Source: a virus (Duplodnaviria; Caudoviricetes). Taken from it: DNA of 64,000 nt. The stretch covers positions 1 through 64,000 of IMG/VR virus record IMGVR_UViG_2974649007_000001, one strand, 5' to 3'. The first letter of the stretch is position 1; each line of letters begins with the position of its first letter. The position numbers and the translations under genes are program-made. Positions 9,509 to 19,049 of this stretch are shown here, piece by piece. The notes under the pieces are model-generated. The model had not been told where the DNA came from. It saw only the letters and a list, made by a program, of their open reading frames with translations, and searched no databases.

Positions 9509-10558
9509 ATGCCACAAGTTAAGAGCTTTAACGATTCGTCCTCGGTGGCACTGGCTTACGCCATCAGCCCTATGGACAGCAAATCCGACTTCGTTGGCGC
9601 CTCGCGCGTCGACATGAAGTACATCCCGTTCACCACCGAAAGTTTTGCGATGCAGAAGGAATCGAAGTCCTCGACTGCGATCTCCGGCACCCGCCGAACT
9701 CAGGGCTCGAAGAACACCAAGGGCAGCGCCAACGGCGGTGCCACTGTTGAGTTCGGGGCCACCCCGTGGGTACTCGACCTACTGCAGCTGATCATGCTGA
9801 GCGAGTGGAAGAACGTCGACGTCGGCACTCCGGCGCTGGGCAAGTACATCACTGACGGCGAGCTGAAGCAGTACATGGTCGTCGAGAAGACCGTGCGTCA
9901 AGGCGCGCTGGCTACCGATCGCCTCGACCACGAATGGTACTTCGGCACCATGATGAACGACGCCACCCTGAACTTCGGTGACGGCGAGCTGATCACCCTG
10001 GCGTGCAACACCATGTCGGCCAACGCTGACTATGGCAACGCACTGGCCGGCGTGGATGGCTTGGGCGGCTCGGTTGGTAAATCGAAGGTGGCTCCGTCCA
10101 ACTACGAGATCGCCGACAGCTCCAACAACCTGGGCAACATCGAGATCCGCAACGACCTCGACAAGCTGCTGGAAGTTACCTGGAGCGATGCCTCCCTGCA
10201 GGTGCAGAACAACGTGCGTGAACAGTCCGGCCTGGGCCGTCAGTTCGCAGCCGGTATCGGTATCGGTAAGATCGCGGTCACCTTCTCGGGTGAGATCTAT
10301 TACTACGATCAGACCATCCTGAAGACCCACATGACCAACAAGCGTGTGAGCCTGAAGACTACCATCTCCACGGCTGAAGGCACCTTCACCATCATCTGCC
10401 CGAACATGACTGCTCAGGCGCCAACCAACAACGCCGAAGGCGAGAACGCCGACTACAAGTCGTCGATGACCCTGACTGCCGAAGCTGGCGAAGTCACCAT
10501 CGGCACTCACGTCGACATCCCTTGCGTGATGGCAATCACCTACGTTCCAACCCCTTAA
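9509..10558 (+). CDS. Major tail (tube) protein
   Basis: About 350 aa, Thr/Ser/Gly-rich, strong codon bias, SD aggag, located before chaperone and tape measure genes. Confidence 0.8.
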   Translation: MPQVKSFNDSSSVALAYAISPMDSKSDFVGASRVDMKYIPFTTESFAMQKESKSSTAISGTRRTQGSKNTKGSANGGATVEFGATPWVLDLLQLIMLSEWKNVDVGTPALGKYITDGELKQYMVVEKTVRQGALATDRLDHEWYFGTMMNDATLNFGDGELITLACNTMSANADYGNALAGVDGLGGSVGKSKVAPSNYEIADSSNNLGNIEIRNDLDKLLEVTWSDASLQVQNNVREQSGLGRQFAAGIGIGKIAVTFSGEIYYYDQTILKTHMTNKRVSLKTTISTAEGTFTIICPNMTAQAPTNNAEGENADYKSSMTLTAEAGEVTIGTHVDIPCVMAITYVPTP

Positions 10559-10574
10559 TCCTTGGGGTGGTGAC

Positions 10575-10622
10575 TTGCGGTGTTACTCTTGTTAGAGTAA
10601 CGCCGCTAGTTACCGAACCATC
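10575..10622. promoter_or_regulatory. Inverted pair of operator-like half-sites (ttgcggtgttac / gtaacgccgcta-gt-taccgaaccatc)
   Basis: Matches the repeated TAGCGRSGTTWC family. Forms the long imperfect hairpin gcggtgttactct-tgtt-agagtaacgccgc. Confidence 0.5.
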
Positions 10623-10639
10623 TCCCAAGGACGACCAAA

Positions 10640-11089
10640 ATGCTGATCCTCTCTTCCATCGCAATTGATCCAAAACTTTCCACCGGCGGCGTATGGGCTC
10701 CCTACATGGGGGGTGAGTTTTTGCTCGCGCGCAAAGGCCCAGCCTACCAAGCGCGGATCGGCGAACTGTACACCGAGCACAAGGCGATCATCGACGCCAA
10801 AGACAAAGACGGCCTGATGACCCCCGAAGCCATCCTGAAGATGCAGGAAATTCACACCATCGCCTTCTGCGAGCATGTGCTGCTCGACTGGAAAGACGTG
10901 GGTGAGAAGGGTGCCAACGGTGCCGAGGAGCTGAAGTACACCTCCGACCTGGGCACCAAGCTGCTGATGAACCCGGTCTATGCCGAGCTGGCTGCCTACC
11001 TGGAAAACTACAGCAACAACCACTTCTACTACCGTGCTGCGGCCAACCTCGAAGTGGCCAAAAAAGTAAAGAGTTCTGCCGTTTCCTGA
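10640..11089 (+). CDS. Tail assembly chaperone (G-like)
   Basis: 149 aa between tail tube and tape measure genes, with slippery C-AAA-AAA-G near the 3' end. Confidence 0.75.
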   Translation: MLILSSIAIDPKLSTGGVWAPYMGGEFLLARKGPAYQARIGELYTEHKAIIDAKDKDGLMTPEAILKMQEIHTIAFCEHVLLDWKDVGEKGANGAEELKYTSDLGTKLLMNPVYAELAAYLENYSNNHFYYRAAANLEVAKKVKSSAVS

Positions 11090-11448
11090 TCAAATATGGC
11101 GGCAAGGGCATCGCTGCGTTCAAGGCGCTGGAGAAAAAGTTTGGGAAGAAGCACCCCAAGCTGGCCGATTACGTGGAGCCCTTGCCCATCCATAACTGGT
11201 TGGCGGAATCTTTTTTCCGCCTACACCGCAGGCGGCAGATAGGGCAACACGGGTATCAGCCGCTGCCGTATCAGGAAATGGCTGACTTCGCTGAAAGGAT
11301 TCTCAAGCTGCACCCGGAGCAGGCTGATCTCTTCTACTTGACAATGGAGGAAACTGACAACGCCATCCTGTATGATCAGCACATGCAGACCAAGGCAGAA
11401 GCCGATGCTGCCGAGAAAAACCTGCCTAAACCACGCAAAAGGAAATAG
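11059..11448 (+). CDS. -1 frameshift extension of the tail assembly chaperone (GT-like)
   Basis: The -1 frame is open from the slippery run at 11059-11066 (KEFCRFLIKYGGKGI...) through the 11173-11448 ORF, which lacks a convincing own SD. Confidence 0.7.
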   Translation, partial: QKSKEFCRFLIKYGGKGIAAFKALEKKFGKKHPKLADYVEPLPIHNWLAESFFRLHRRRQIGQHGYQPLPYQEMADFAERILKLHPEQADLFYLTMEETDNAILYDQHMQTKAEADAAEKNLPKPRKRK

Positions 11449-11450
11449 CG

Positions 11451-14400
11451 ATGGCTCAGTTTGAAGTGGACTTCTCCGAATCGCTGAGCCAGTTGGCGCA
11501 ATTCCAGCTTCGCCTGGCCAACATGGGCAAGGCCCTGGATGACCTCGAGAAGCAGGGCGGAAAGTCCACTTCGGCTTCGACCAAACTTCTGTCCACCATG
11601 AATGCCGAGTACGACAAGCTCGAGAAAATTCTGGTGGGCGCGGGGGCAGATGCCGAGAAACTCGGCAAGACCATGCAGACCGTGCGGGACAACGTCAACC
11701 TGATGATGTCCGGCCTGGCAGCCAACAACCTGAAAGCCACCGTGCAGGCCCAGGCCTACAACGGCGAGCTGGCAGAGATGGGGCGGCTGCTCAACGACAC
11801 GGCCTCGAAGAACAGCTACAGCGCCTGGCAATCCAAGACTCTGCAGCTGACCAACAAGCTGACCAACGAGAACGGGTTCCTGCGCGCGGCGATCGCGGCC
11901 ACCGACACCGAGCTGGGCAAGTCCAACGCCAACCTCAAGGCCGCGCTGACGCACAAGCAGAACATGGTCACCGCCGACCAGCGCCTGCGCAACACCGGCG
12001 ACGGCTTGGTGATGACCCTGGCCAGCCTGACCGGCCAGCAAGGCCGCTCCAACGTGATGACCCAGGCGTACATCGCCGCCCGCAAGTCGCAGATCACCGA
12101 AGACTTCCGCATGGATGCGCAGCTGCGCACCCTGCAACGCTCTCTGGCCAGCCTCACCGGCGGTCAGCAGGAAGAGATCACCAAGATCCAGCAGCTGATC
12201 GCTGCGCGTAAAGCCCAGATCACCGAAGGCCAGCGTGAAGACACGCAGCTGCAAACGCTCCAGCGCACGCTGAAGAGCTTGCAGGGTGGTCGCCAGGAAG
12301 AGATCGCGGCCGTAAACGCGCAGATCGCCGCTCGCCGCCGCGCCATTGCCGAGGCCAACACCGAGAAGAAGGTGGTGGACGAGATGGCTGCGGCCATCAA
12401 GCGCGAGGAGGCGGCGCTCACCCGGCTGCAAGCCCAGGCCCAGCTGTCGTCCGGTACGCACGGCCAGCGCGTGTCGCAGCTCAAGGAGCAGATCGCCCTG
12501 CAGGAGCGCCACAACAAGCTGCTGGGCATGTCGTCCGCGCAGCTGCTGGGCTTCTCCGGCGCGCAGACTCGAGTCAACCTGGCCCAGGAGCTGGGCAGCC
12601 AGTCGGCAGCCATGCTCCGCGCGGGCCTGACCGGCCTGCACGCCAGCGTCGGCATGTACACCAGCGCCACGGTACTGGCTGCCACGGCAACCTACGGCAT
12701 CAGCGCTGCGATGCGCGATACCGTGGTCACCGGCGCCGAGTTCTACGCGACTATGTCCCGTACCCGCGCCGTGATGTCGACCGGCAACTCCGAGACGGGC
12801 TGGATGGACAACGCTGCCCAGAGTTCCAAGGCGTTGGAGATGCAAGTCCGCGCGCTTGGCCAGACAACCGTGTTCACCGCGTCCGAAGTGGGTGATGGCC
12901 TGCAACAACTGGGTATGGCTGGCCTGCAGGCCAACGAAGCTATCGTCGCATTGAAGCCGGCACTGCAACTGGCCAACCTGGCCAACGTGTCCATGGCGCG
13001 GTCGGCTGACATCTCCACCAACGTGCTGATGACCTTCGGCATGCAGGCCAAGGAATTGCAGGGCGTCGTCGACCTTATGGCGACGGCGGTCAACAACTCC
13101 AACGCCGACATCGAGCAGCTGGCCAACTCCCTGAGCTACGCAGGCCCTGCGGCTAAGACCGCGGGCTTCAGCATCCAGGAAACCACGGCTGCCATTGAGA
13201 CCATGGCGAACTCCGGGATCAAGGGCTCGCGCTCTGGCTCGGCGCTGCGCCGCATGTTCACCAGCCTGCTGAACCCTACCAAGAAGGGTTCGGAGGTGAT
13301 CAACAAGTACGGCCTGGACATCCTGGATGCCGAGGGCAACACCCGATCGTTGAGCAATATCATCCAGCAGCTGAGCACCAAGATGAAGGATCTGCCCGGG
13401 CCTGAACGCCTGGCAGCCATCACCAACCTGGTGGGCGTGTACGCTTCCTCGGCCGTCACCGGCCTGGTAGACAACGCCGGCCAGTTCGCCAAGTTCGCCG
13501 AGCAGAACCAGAACGTGGCCGGCGCGGGCGACCGGATGGAGAAGATCATCTCCGACAACCTGAAGTTCGACTGGAAGGAGATGCTGTCGAGCCTCGAGGA
13601 AGTCCAGCTGCAGGCGTTCAGCCAGATGGACATGCGCCTGCGCGAGAGCGTGGCCAAGCTGTCCAAGTACGTGCTGGACCTGATGGAGCCGTACAAGGAA
13701 GGCACTGACATCACCGGCCTGGACCGGATGCTGGTGCAAGCCCAGACCGGCGCCGAGGCCCTGGCCAAGATCATCGGCGGCATCGTCGCCTACAAGTTCG
13801 CCTCCGGTAACATCTTCGGCGCCCTGGCTACCGATTCCAAGGCAGCGGCTGAGCGTGTCAGCGTACTGGCTGAACGGATGAAGGTCACCGCCGAGAGCAT
13901 GCGCGGTGCGGGCCTGACCACCACCTACGCCACAAACGCCTTCCGTGCGCAGAACGCCGCAGCCGCCGCAACCGCGACGGGCCTGATGACGCTCGGCAAC
14001 AGCACAGCCTGGGTCGCCAGCAAAATGAGTATGCTTGCCGCCGTCGGCGCGGGCGTGATGCGCGCGTTCGGCTGGGTAGGATTGATCTACGGCATTGGCT
14101 CGGCGCTGTACCAGGTGTTCAGCACCAACACCGACGACGAGGTGTTGAAGCACCGCGACTCGGTCGACGACGTGAAGAGCAGCTATGACCAGCTCAAGGC
14201 GTCGATTGAAGAGACCGGCTTGGCCCGCCAGCGCACGGCCATCCAGATGCAGATCGGTTCTGACCAGAAGGGCGTCGACGACGTCAAGAAGCGGATCGCA
14301 GATCGCACCAAACTGCTCAAGGAAGGCGAAGCCGCAGGCCTGCCAGAAGAGGCCCTGACGCCACTGCGCGCGGAAATCACCGGGCTCGAGGCTACCCTCG

Positions 14401-16634
14401 GCACGTTCGAGCAGCGGGTGCTCGATTCCAATGAATCGTTGAATGGCCTGAAGAAGACCACGCTCGACTATGTCGACGAGAGCCAGAAGCACGCCGACCG
14501 GCTGGCTGAACTGATCAAGCTGACCAACGACCTGGCCATCGCCCAGACCAACCTGCAGATCGCCCAAACCAGCGGCGCCACCGACTTCGGTGCGGGCGCG
14601 GCCGGCAGCATCGCCCTGGTTGAAGCACTGACCAAGCGCCGCGCCGAGCTGATGGCTCAATCGGCTACCAGCGGCACCAAGGTTCAACAGACCAAGGCCA
14701 ACCTGCCGACCACTGCCGAACAGCTGGCCAACGCGCAGCAGGCGATCCAGGCTGAAGCCGACGCCAAAAACTACAAGAAGGTCACCCCGCTGGCCCAGCA
14801 ACTGCTGGACAACGAGAAGGCCATCACCGCCGAGAAAGCCAACCAGGCCAAGCTGATCGAGCAAGGCGCCGCCGCGGTGGCAGCCAACGACATGGCTGCC
14901 CGCCCAGGTCAGCAACTGGTCGAGACCTCGGCCAAGGCCATGGCCAAGCTGGAGTCGGATCGCCAGGTCCTGATCAAGAAGTCGGCCGAAGAAGAACGCA
15001 AGCTGCTGGAAGCCAAGGAGTCGGCGGCTGCCGTCACCCGCTCCGACAGCGAGAACATGCTCGCCCAGCAGAAACAGCTGGCTGACATCCGCGAGAAGAT
15101 CGCGGCGGCTGAGAAGCCAGGCGACGGCAAGGCAGCGGACACCAAGGAGCTGACCAAACTCTACAGCGACCAGGCCAAGGTTCTGGGCGTCATCAAGGGC
15201 TTGGAGTCCAAGAGCAGCAAGGCTGGCGCCAAGGCCGGCAAGCAGGACGACCGCCAGGCCCAGGAGGATCTGCGGACCTACACGTCCCTGGCCAAGAAGT
15301 TCGACGAGGTGTCGGCTGCTCAGCTCGAGCTGAAGAAAGGCACCGACGCCATGAAGCGCCTGCGCGAGGCCGGCACCATCACGGTCGAGCAGGAAGCCAA
15401 AGCGATCGGCGAACTGAACCTGCAGTATTACAACTCCAAGCGCGCGCTGGATCTGAACCTGATCGCCCTGGACAAGGTCAAGGCATCGTACAACACCAGC
15501 CCGTTCAGCCAGGCAGCGGCGGATCTCGGCACCCTGAATCGCAACCTGGAAGCTGGCAAGATCAGCCTGCAGGAATACACGCGCATCACGGACGAGATGA
15601 AGCGCTCGCAGAAAGAGAACCTGAAGTCGTCGCTGCCCAAGGCTGACCTGAACGTGGGGGATGCTTCGTCCTCGCCGTTCACCGACTGGGTGTCGACGGA
15701 GATGACCCGTGCCAAGGGCATGGAGGATTACCAAAAGGCGCTCGAGGCGAACAAGCGCGACACCGTATCGTCCGGCGCCGGGATCGACGACAACTTCAAA
15801 ATGCAGCTCGAGCAGCTGCAAGCACGTCACCTGATCGAGCAAGGTGCCGAGGCCGAGCACAATGCCAAGCTCCTGGAGATCAACAAGCAGTACGCCAGCG
15901 AGAAGGAAGGCCTGCTCAAAACCTCGAGCGATGCGCAGAAGGTGATCACGGACGAGCAGCTCAAGTACACCGAGCAGATGCAGACCATGTCCCTGATGGC
16001 GGCGATGGGCTCCATCTCCAACGTGCTGGGCATGTTCGCCAGCGCGGCGGATGGTGCATCCAACGCCCAGAAGCTGGCCTTCCTGGCGCAGAAAGCCATC
16101 ACCGTGGCCCAGATCATCATGTACACCGAGCTGGCGGCTGCACAGGCGCTGGCTGTGTCCGGTAACCCGATGGTGCTGGGTATGCCGATGGCGATGTTCA
16201 TTCGCGCCACGGGTTATGCCAACGCTGCACTGGTTGGTGCCATGACGATCGGCCAACTGGCTGGCGGCGGCAGCTCTGGTGGCAGCTCGAGCAGCGGTGG
16301 TGGCAGCACGCAGATGTATGACACCGGCGGCTACATTCCCTACAACCGCACCGGCATCGTGGGTGAGTACGGTCCTGAGCTGGTTACAGGCCCAGCGCAC
16401 GTCACCGGGCGCGGCGCCACCAAGTCCAAGATGGGCAGCGGTGGGCAGGCCCCGATGGAAATCACCCTGGCTCCAGTGATCCATATCGAGATGCAAGGCA
16501 GTAAGGATGGCGGTGGCCCAGAAGACCAGAAGAACGCTAAAGTGGCGGCTGAGACGGTCAAGAGCACAGTCATGGCGGTCCTCAGTGACCAAGTGCGCCC
16601 GAACGGCATGCTCTACAAATTCGTCAAGGGGTGA
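11451..16634 (+). CDS. Tape measure protein
   Basis: 1727 aa, Ala/Gln/Leu-rich. TP901-type core (SLSYAGPAA, GIKGSRSGSALR) and C-terminal YDTGGY...GEYGPEL motif. Confidence 0.92.
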   Translation: MAQFEVDFSESLSQLAQFQLRLANMGKALDDLEKQGGKSTSASTKLLSTMNAEYDKLEKILVGAGADAEKLGKTMQTVRDNVNLMMSGLAANNLKATVQAQAYNGELAEMGRLLNDTASKNSYSAWQSKTLQLTNKLTNENGFLRAAIAATDTELGKSNANLKAALTHKQNMVTADQRLRNTGDGLVMTLASLTGQQGRSNVMTQAYIAARKSQITEDFRMDAQLRTLQRSLASLTGGQQEEITKIQQLIAARKAQITEGQREDTQLQTLQRTLKSLQGGRQEEIAAVNAQIAARRRAIAEANTEKKVVDEMAAAIKREEAALTRLQAQAQLSSGTHGQRVSQLKEQIALQERHNKLLGMSSAQLLGFSGAQTRVNLAQELGSQSAAMLRAGLTGLHASVGMYTSATVLAATATYGISAAMRDTVVTGAEFYATMSRTRAVMSTGNSETGWMDNAAQSSKALEMQVRALGQTTVFTASEVGDGLQQLGMAGLQANEAIVALKPALQLANLANVSMARSADISTNVLMTFGMQAKELQGVVDLMATAVNNSNADIEQLANSLSYAGPAAKTAGFSIQETTAAIETMANSGIKGSRSGSALRRMFTSLLNPTKKGSEVINKYGLDILDAEGNTRSLSNIIQQLSTKMKDLPGPERLAAITNLVGVYASSAVTGLVDNAGQFAKFAEQNQNVAGAGDRMEKIISDNLKFDWKEMLSSLEEVQLQAFSQMDMRLRESVAKLSKYVLDLMEPYKEGTDITGLDRMLVQAQTGAEALAKIIGGIVAYKFASGNIFGALATDSKAAAERVSVLAERMKVTAESMRGAGLTTTYATNAFRAQNAAAAATATGLMTLGNSTAWVASKMSMLAAVGAGVMRAFGWVGLIYGIGSALYQVFSTNTDDEVLKHRDSVDDVKSSYDQLKASIEETGLARQRTAIQMQIGSDQKGVDDVKKRIADRTKLLKEGEAAGLPEEALTPLRAEITGLEATLGTFEQRVLDSNESLNGLKKTTLDYVDESQKHADRLAELIKLTNDLAIAQTNLQIAQTSGATDFGAGAAGSIALVEALTKRRAELMAQSATSGTKVQQTKANLPTTAEQLANAQQAIQAEADAKNYKKVTPLAQQLLDNEKAITAEKANQAKLIEQGAAAVAANDMAARPGQQLVETSAKAMAKLESDRQVLIKKSAEEERKLLEAKESAAAVTRSDSENMLAQQKQLADIREKIAAAEKPGDGKAADTKELTKLYSDQAKVLGVIKGLESKSSKAGAKAGKQDDRQAQEDLRTYTSLAKKFDEVSAAQLELKKGTDAMKRLREAGTITVEQEAKAIGELNLQYYNSKRALDLNLIALDKVKASYNTSPFSQAAADLGTLNRNLEAGKISLQEYTRITDEMKRSQKENLKSSLPKADLNVGDASSSPFTDWVSTEMTRAKGMEDYQKALEANKRDTVSSGAGIDDNFKMQLEQLQARHLIEQGAEAEHNAKLLEINKQYASEKEGLLKTSSDAQKVITDEQLKYTEQMQTMSLMAAMGSISNVLGMFASAADGASNAQKLAFLAQKAITVAQIIMYTELAAAQALAVSGNPMVLGMPMAMFIRATGYANAALVGAMTIGQLAGGGSSGGSSSSGGGSTQMYDTGGYIPYNRTGIVGEYGPELVTGPAHVTGRGATKSKMGSGGQAPMEITLAPVIHIEMQGSKDGGGPEDQKNAKVAAETVKSTVMAVLSDQVRPNGMLYKFVKG
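11892..12360 (+). repeat. About 3.7 tandem 126-nt (42-aa) repeats in the tape measure N-terminus
   Basis: Units start at 11892, 12018, 12144 and 12270 (LASLTG...IAARK.QITE...QL.TLQR). The first unit is the most diverged. Confidence 0.75.
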
Positions 16635-16637
16635 TAA

Positions 16638-16985
16638 ATGGATGTTTTCCCAACCATCGACAAGCCGGCCTACGGCCTCGAAGACGCCCCGGAAGCGGAC
16701 GTCGACGAGGTCAAGATGGGCGACGGCTACGTGCTGCGCCGCCCGAAGGGGATCAACTACATCAAGAACACCTGGAACCCCAGCTGGGATTCGCTCGAGG
16801 ATACGGTAGCTCGGTCGACCTACGACTGGCTGCTGGCCAGACTGATGATCACGCCGTTCCAGTGGACACACCCGGTGACGGGCGTGGTATACCAGGTGGT
16901 GTGCAAGGCAGTGAAGCTGTCCTACAACGCCTTCAACGACGAGATCCTCACAGCGACATTCGAGCAAGACTTTAACCCGGTATAA
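16638..16985 (+). CDS. Distal tail protein (lambda gpM-like)
   Basis: VKMGDGYVLRRPKGIN motif, 115 aa, directly after the tape measure gene. Confidence 0.8.
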   Translation: MDVFPTIDKPAYGLEDAPEADVDEVKMGDGYVLRRPKGINYIKNTWNPSWDSLEDTVARSTYDWLLARLMITPFQWTHPVTGVVYQVVCKAVKLSYNAFNDEILTATFEQDFNPV

Positions 16986-17023
16986 CGCTAATATTCGGTC
17001 AGACCGGCGAGGACAGGGAAGCC

Positions 17024-17725
17024 ATGGATCTTATTGCAACGGATATTCAGGGTCTGACACAGGACGCCATCGTCACTATGTTTCAGATCGACGCCTCGAA
17101 AGTGGGCGAGGGGCTTCTGTGCTTCTCGCCCACTTCCAACAATGGCATCCCGGTGCAGTTCGGTGGCATCACCTACCCTGCTTTGCCGATCGCAGCCGAC
17201 GGGTTCAAGTGGACGTCCGACGGCACACTGCCGCGCCCGACCTTGACCCTGGCTGCCAAAGACCTGATGTTCCTGGCCATGGTGGTCAACTCAGGCGACC
17301 TGGTGGGCTGCCCAGTCACGCGGCTGCGCACCTACCGCAAATACCTGGACGACAGCCCCACAGCCAACCCGAACGCGATGTACCTGCCCGAGAACTATGT
17401 GATCGAGCGCAAGTCCTCGCAGCGCCGGACACAGCTGCAGTTTGAACTGTCGGTCAAGATGGATCAGCAAGGCATCATGCTGCCCGCTAGGCAGATCCTG
17501 CGGGACACCTGCACACATCGCTTCCGCTACTGGGCCAACGGCCACTGGAACTACACCGGCGTGACCTGCCCGTATGCCGGCACGGAGATGTACGAGCCCA
17601 ACGGTGAACAGACCCTGGACCCGACCAAGGCCAAGTGCGGCAAGCGGCTGAGCGATTGCAAAAAACACTTCGGGGAGTTCGCAACGCTCCCCTTCTATGG
17701 CTACCCGGGCGTAGGGCGAATCTGA
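17024..17725 (+). CDS. Minor tail protein (lambda gpL-like)
   Basis: GFKWTSDGTLPRPTL, RLRTYRKYLD, Cys pattern C...CPY...KCGKRLSDCKKHF, PFYGYPG. Confidence 0.88.
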   Translation: MDLIATDIQGLTQDAIVTMFQIDASKVGEGLLCFSPTSNNGIPVQFGGITYPALPIAADGFKWTSDGTLPRPTLTLAAKDLMFLAMVVNSGDLVGCPVTRLRTYRKYLDDSPTANPNAMYLPENYVIERKSSQRRTQLQFELSVKMDQQGIMLPARQILRDTCTHRFRYWANGHWNYTGVTCPYAGTEMYEPNGEQTLDPTKAKCGKRLSDCKKHFGEFATLPFYGYPGVGRI

Positions 17726-18459
17726 TGTACGAAGAACACTTTGAGCTTTTCCGTGCTGGTGCGATCAAGGCATTCCCCAAGGAAGCGGTCTGGTTCATCA
17801 CCAAGAAGGGCGTTCGTGAGGTGAAGAACACCCACGAGTTCCCTGAGACCCACTTCTCGGTGTCCGACAAGGATCACCAGCGTGCGATCAAGGAAGGCTT
17901 GCTGGCCGTGGTTCACAGCCACCCTGACAACATCGCCGCGCCGTCGTACCTGGACATGGAAGGCCAGATCAACACGGCGGTGCCGTGGGCCATCATCGCC
18001 ACCGACGGCGTGGCAGCCAACGACATCGTCTGGTGGGGCAAAGGCGTGCCCAAGGCACCGCTGATCGGCCGCACGTTCCGCCACGGCATCACCGACTGCT
18101 ACGCGCTGATCAAGGATTATTACGAGATCGAGCTGGGCATCATGCTGCCTGAGCAGCCGCGTAACTGGGAGTGGTGGGACGAGGAGAACTTGAACCTGTT
18201 CGAGGACAACTACCTGCGCGCCGGCTTCGTCCTGATCAACGCCAGCGAGGCCAAGCCTGGAGACGTCTGGCTGGCCAGCATCGGAGGCAAGCGCGGCGTG
18301 TCGAACCACGGGGGTGTGCTGCTCGAGCACGAACTCATGCTGCACCAGATCGGCAGCAAAGACCCGGTTGACTTCAGTCGGCCGTCGGCGCGCGAGCCGA
18401 TCTACCGCTACATGCCACACATCACACATTGGCTACGCTACGTCGGGGTGGACAAATGA
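17725..18459 (+). CDS. Tail tip protein (lambda gpK-like; JAB + NlpC/P60)
   Basis: VVHSHP...PSYLD (JAB), GRTFRHGITDCY and NHGGV (NlpC/P60). ATG overlaps the gpL stop. Confidence 0.88.
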   Translation: MYEEHFELFRAGAIKAFPKEAVWFITKKGVREVKNTHEFPETHFSVSDKDHQRAIKEGLLAVVHSHPDNIAAPSYLDMEGQINTAVPWAIIATDGVAANDIVWWGKGVPKAPLIGRTFRHGITDCYALIKDYYEIELGIMLPEQPRNWEWWDEENLNLFEDNYLRAGFVLINASEAKPGDVWLASIGGKRGVSNHGGVLLEHELMLHQIGSKDPVDFSRPSAREPIYRYMPHITHWLRYVGVDK

Positions 18460-19049
18460 AGACGTTGAATCTCTATGGCAGCATGCAGGAAAAATACCCT
18501 GGCGTGTTCAGGATGGAAGTCGCCACGCCTGCCGAGGCTATCCGCGCGATGTGCATCCAGATCCCTGGCTTCGAGGACGACATCAAGGCTGGCAACTGGC
18601 GCCTGGTGCGCGGCGACCTGGATGCCAACGACGAGATCAACGAGGAAGGCATGCAGTTGACGCTGGGCAACCAGAACGAGCTGCACCTGATCCCGGTGAT
18701 CGAAGGCGCCAACAGCGGCGTGGGCATGATCATCGTCGGCATCGTCATGATCGTGGCTGCCTTCTTCACCGGCGGTGCATCCATCGCAGCCTGGGGTGCC
18801 ATGTCCGTGGCGCTGGCTGCGGCCGGGGTGGGCATGGCGGTTGGCGGCATCATCGCTGCCACCACCAAGATGCCTGGCGTGGCCGAGTCCACCAACGCAA
18901 ACCGTGAGTCCGACCAGGCATCGTTCCTGTTCGACGGCCCAACCAACCAATCGAAACAGGGTGGTGCAGTACCGCGGGGCTACGGCCGTTTGCTGGTCGG
19001 TAGTATCGTGGTCAGCGCCGGCCTCTACGCGGAGCCTATGGCAGTATGA
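18456..19049 (+). CDS. Tail assembly protein (lambda gpI-like)
   Basis: VATPAEAIRAM, LHLIPVIEG, hydrophobic middle, SFLFDGP, VPRGYGRLLVGSIVVS. Confidence 0.85.
   Translation: MKTLNLYGSMQEKYPGVFRMEVATPAEAIRAMCIQIPGFEDDIKAGNWRLVRGDLDANDEINEEGMQLTLGNQNELHLIPVIEGANSGVGMIIVGIVMIVAAFFTGGASIAAWGAMSVALAAAGVGMAVGGIIAATTKMPGVAESTNANRESDQASFLFDGPTNQSKQGGAVPRGYGRLLVGSIVVSAGLYAEPMAV

Noticed and set aside
11376-16967. 1863-aa antisense ORF over the tape measure gene; similar long antisense or alternate-frame ORFs at 42650-46126, 2042-3394, 3376-4857, 4897-6435, 26198-27772 and 35999-37216
   Set aside because: Shadow ORFs from strong GC3 codon bias of the real gene on the other strand. They show no motifs or SDs and have typical shadow composition (Val/Gly/Leu/His/Arg-rich).
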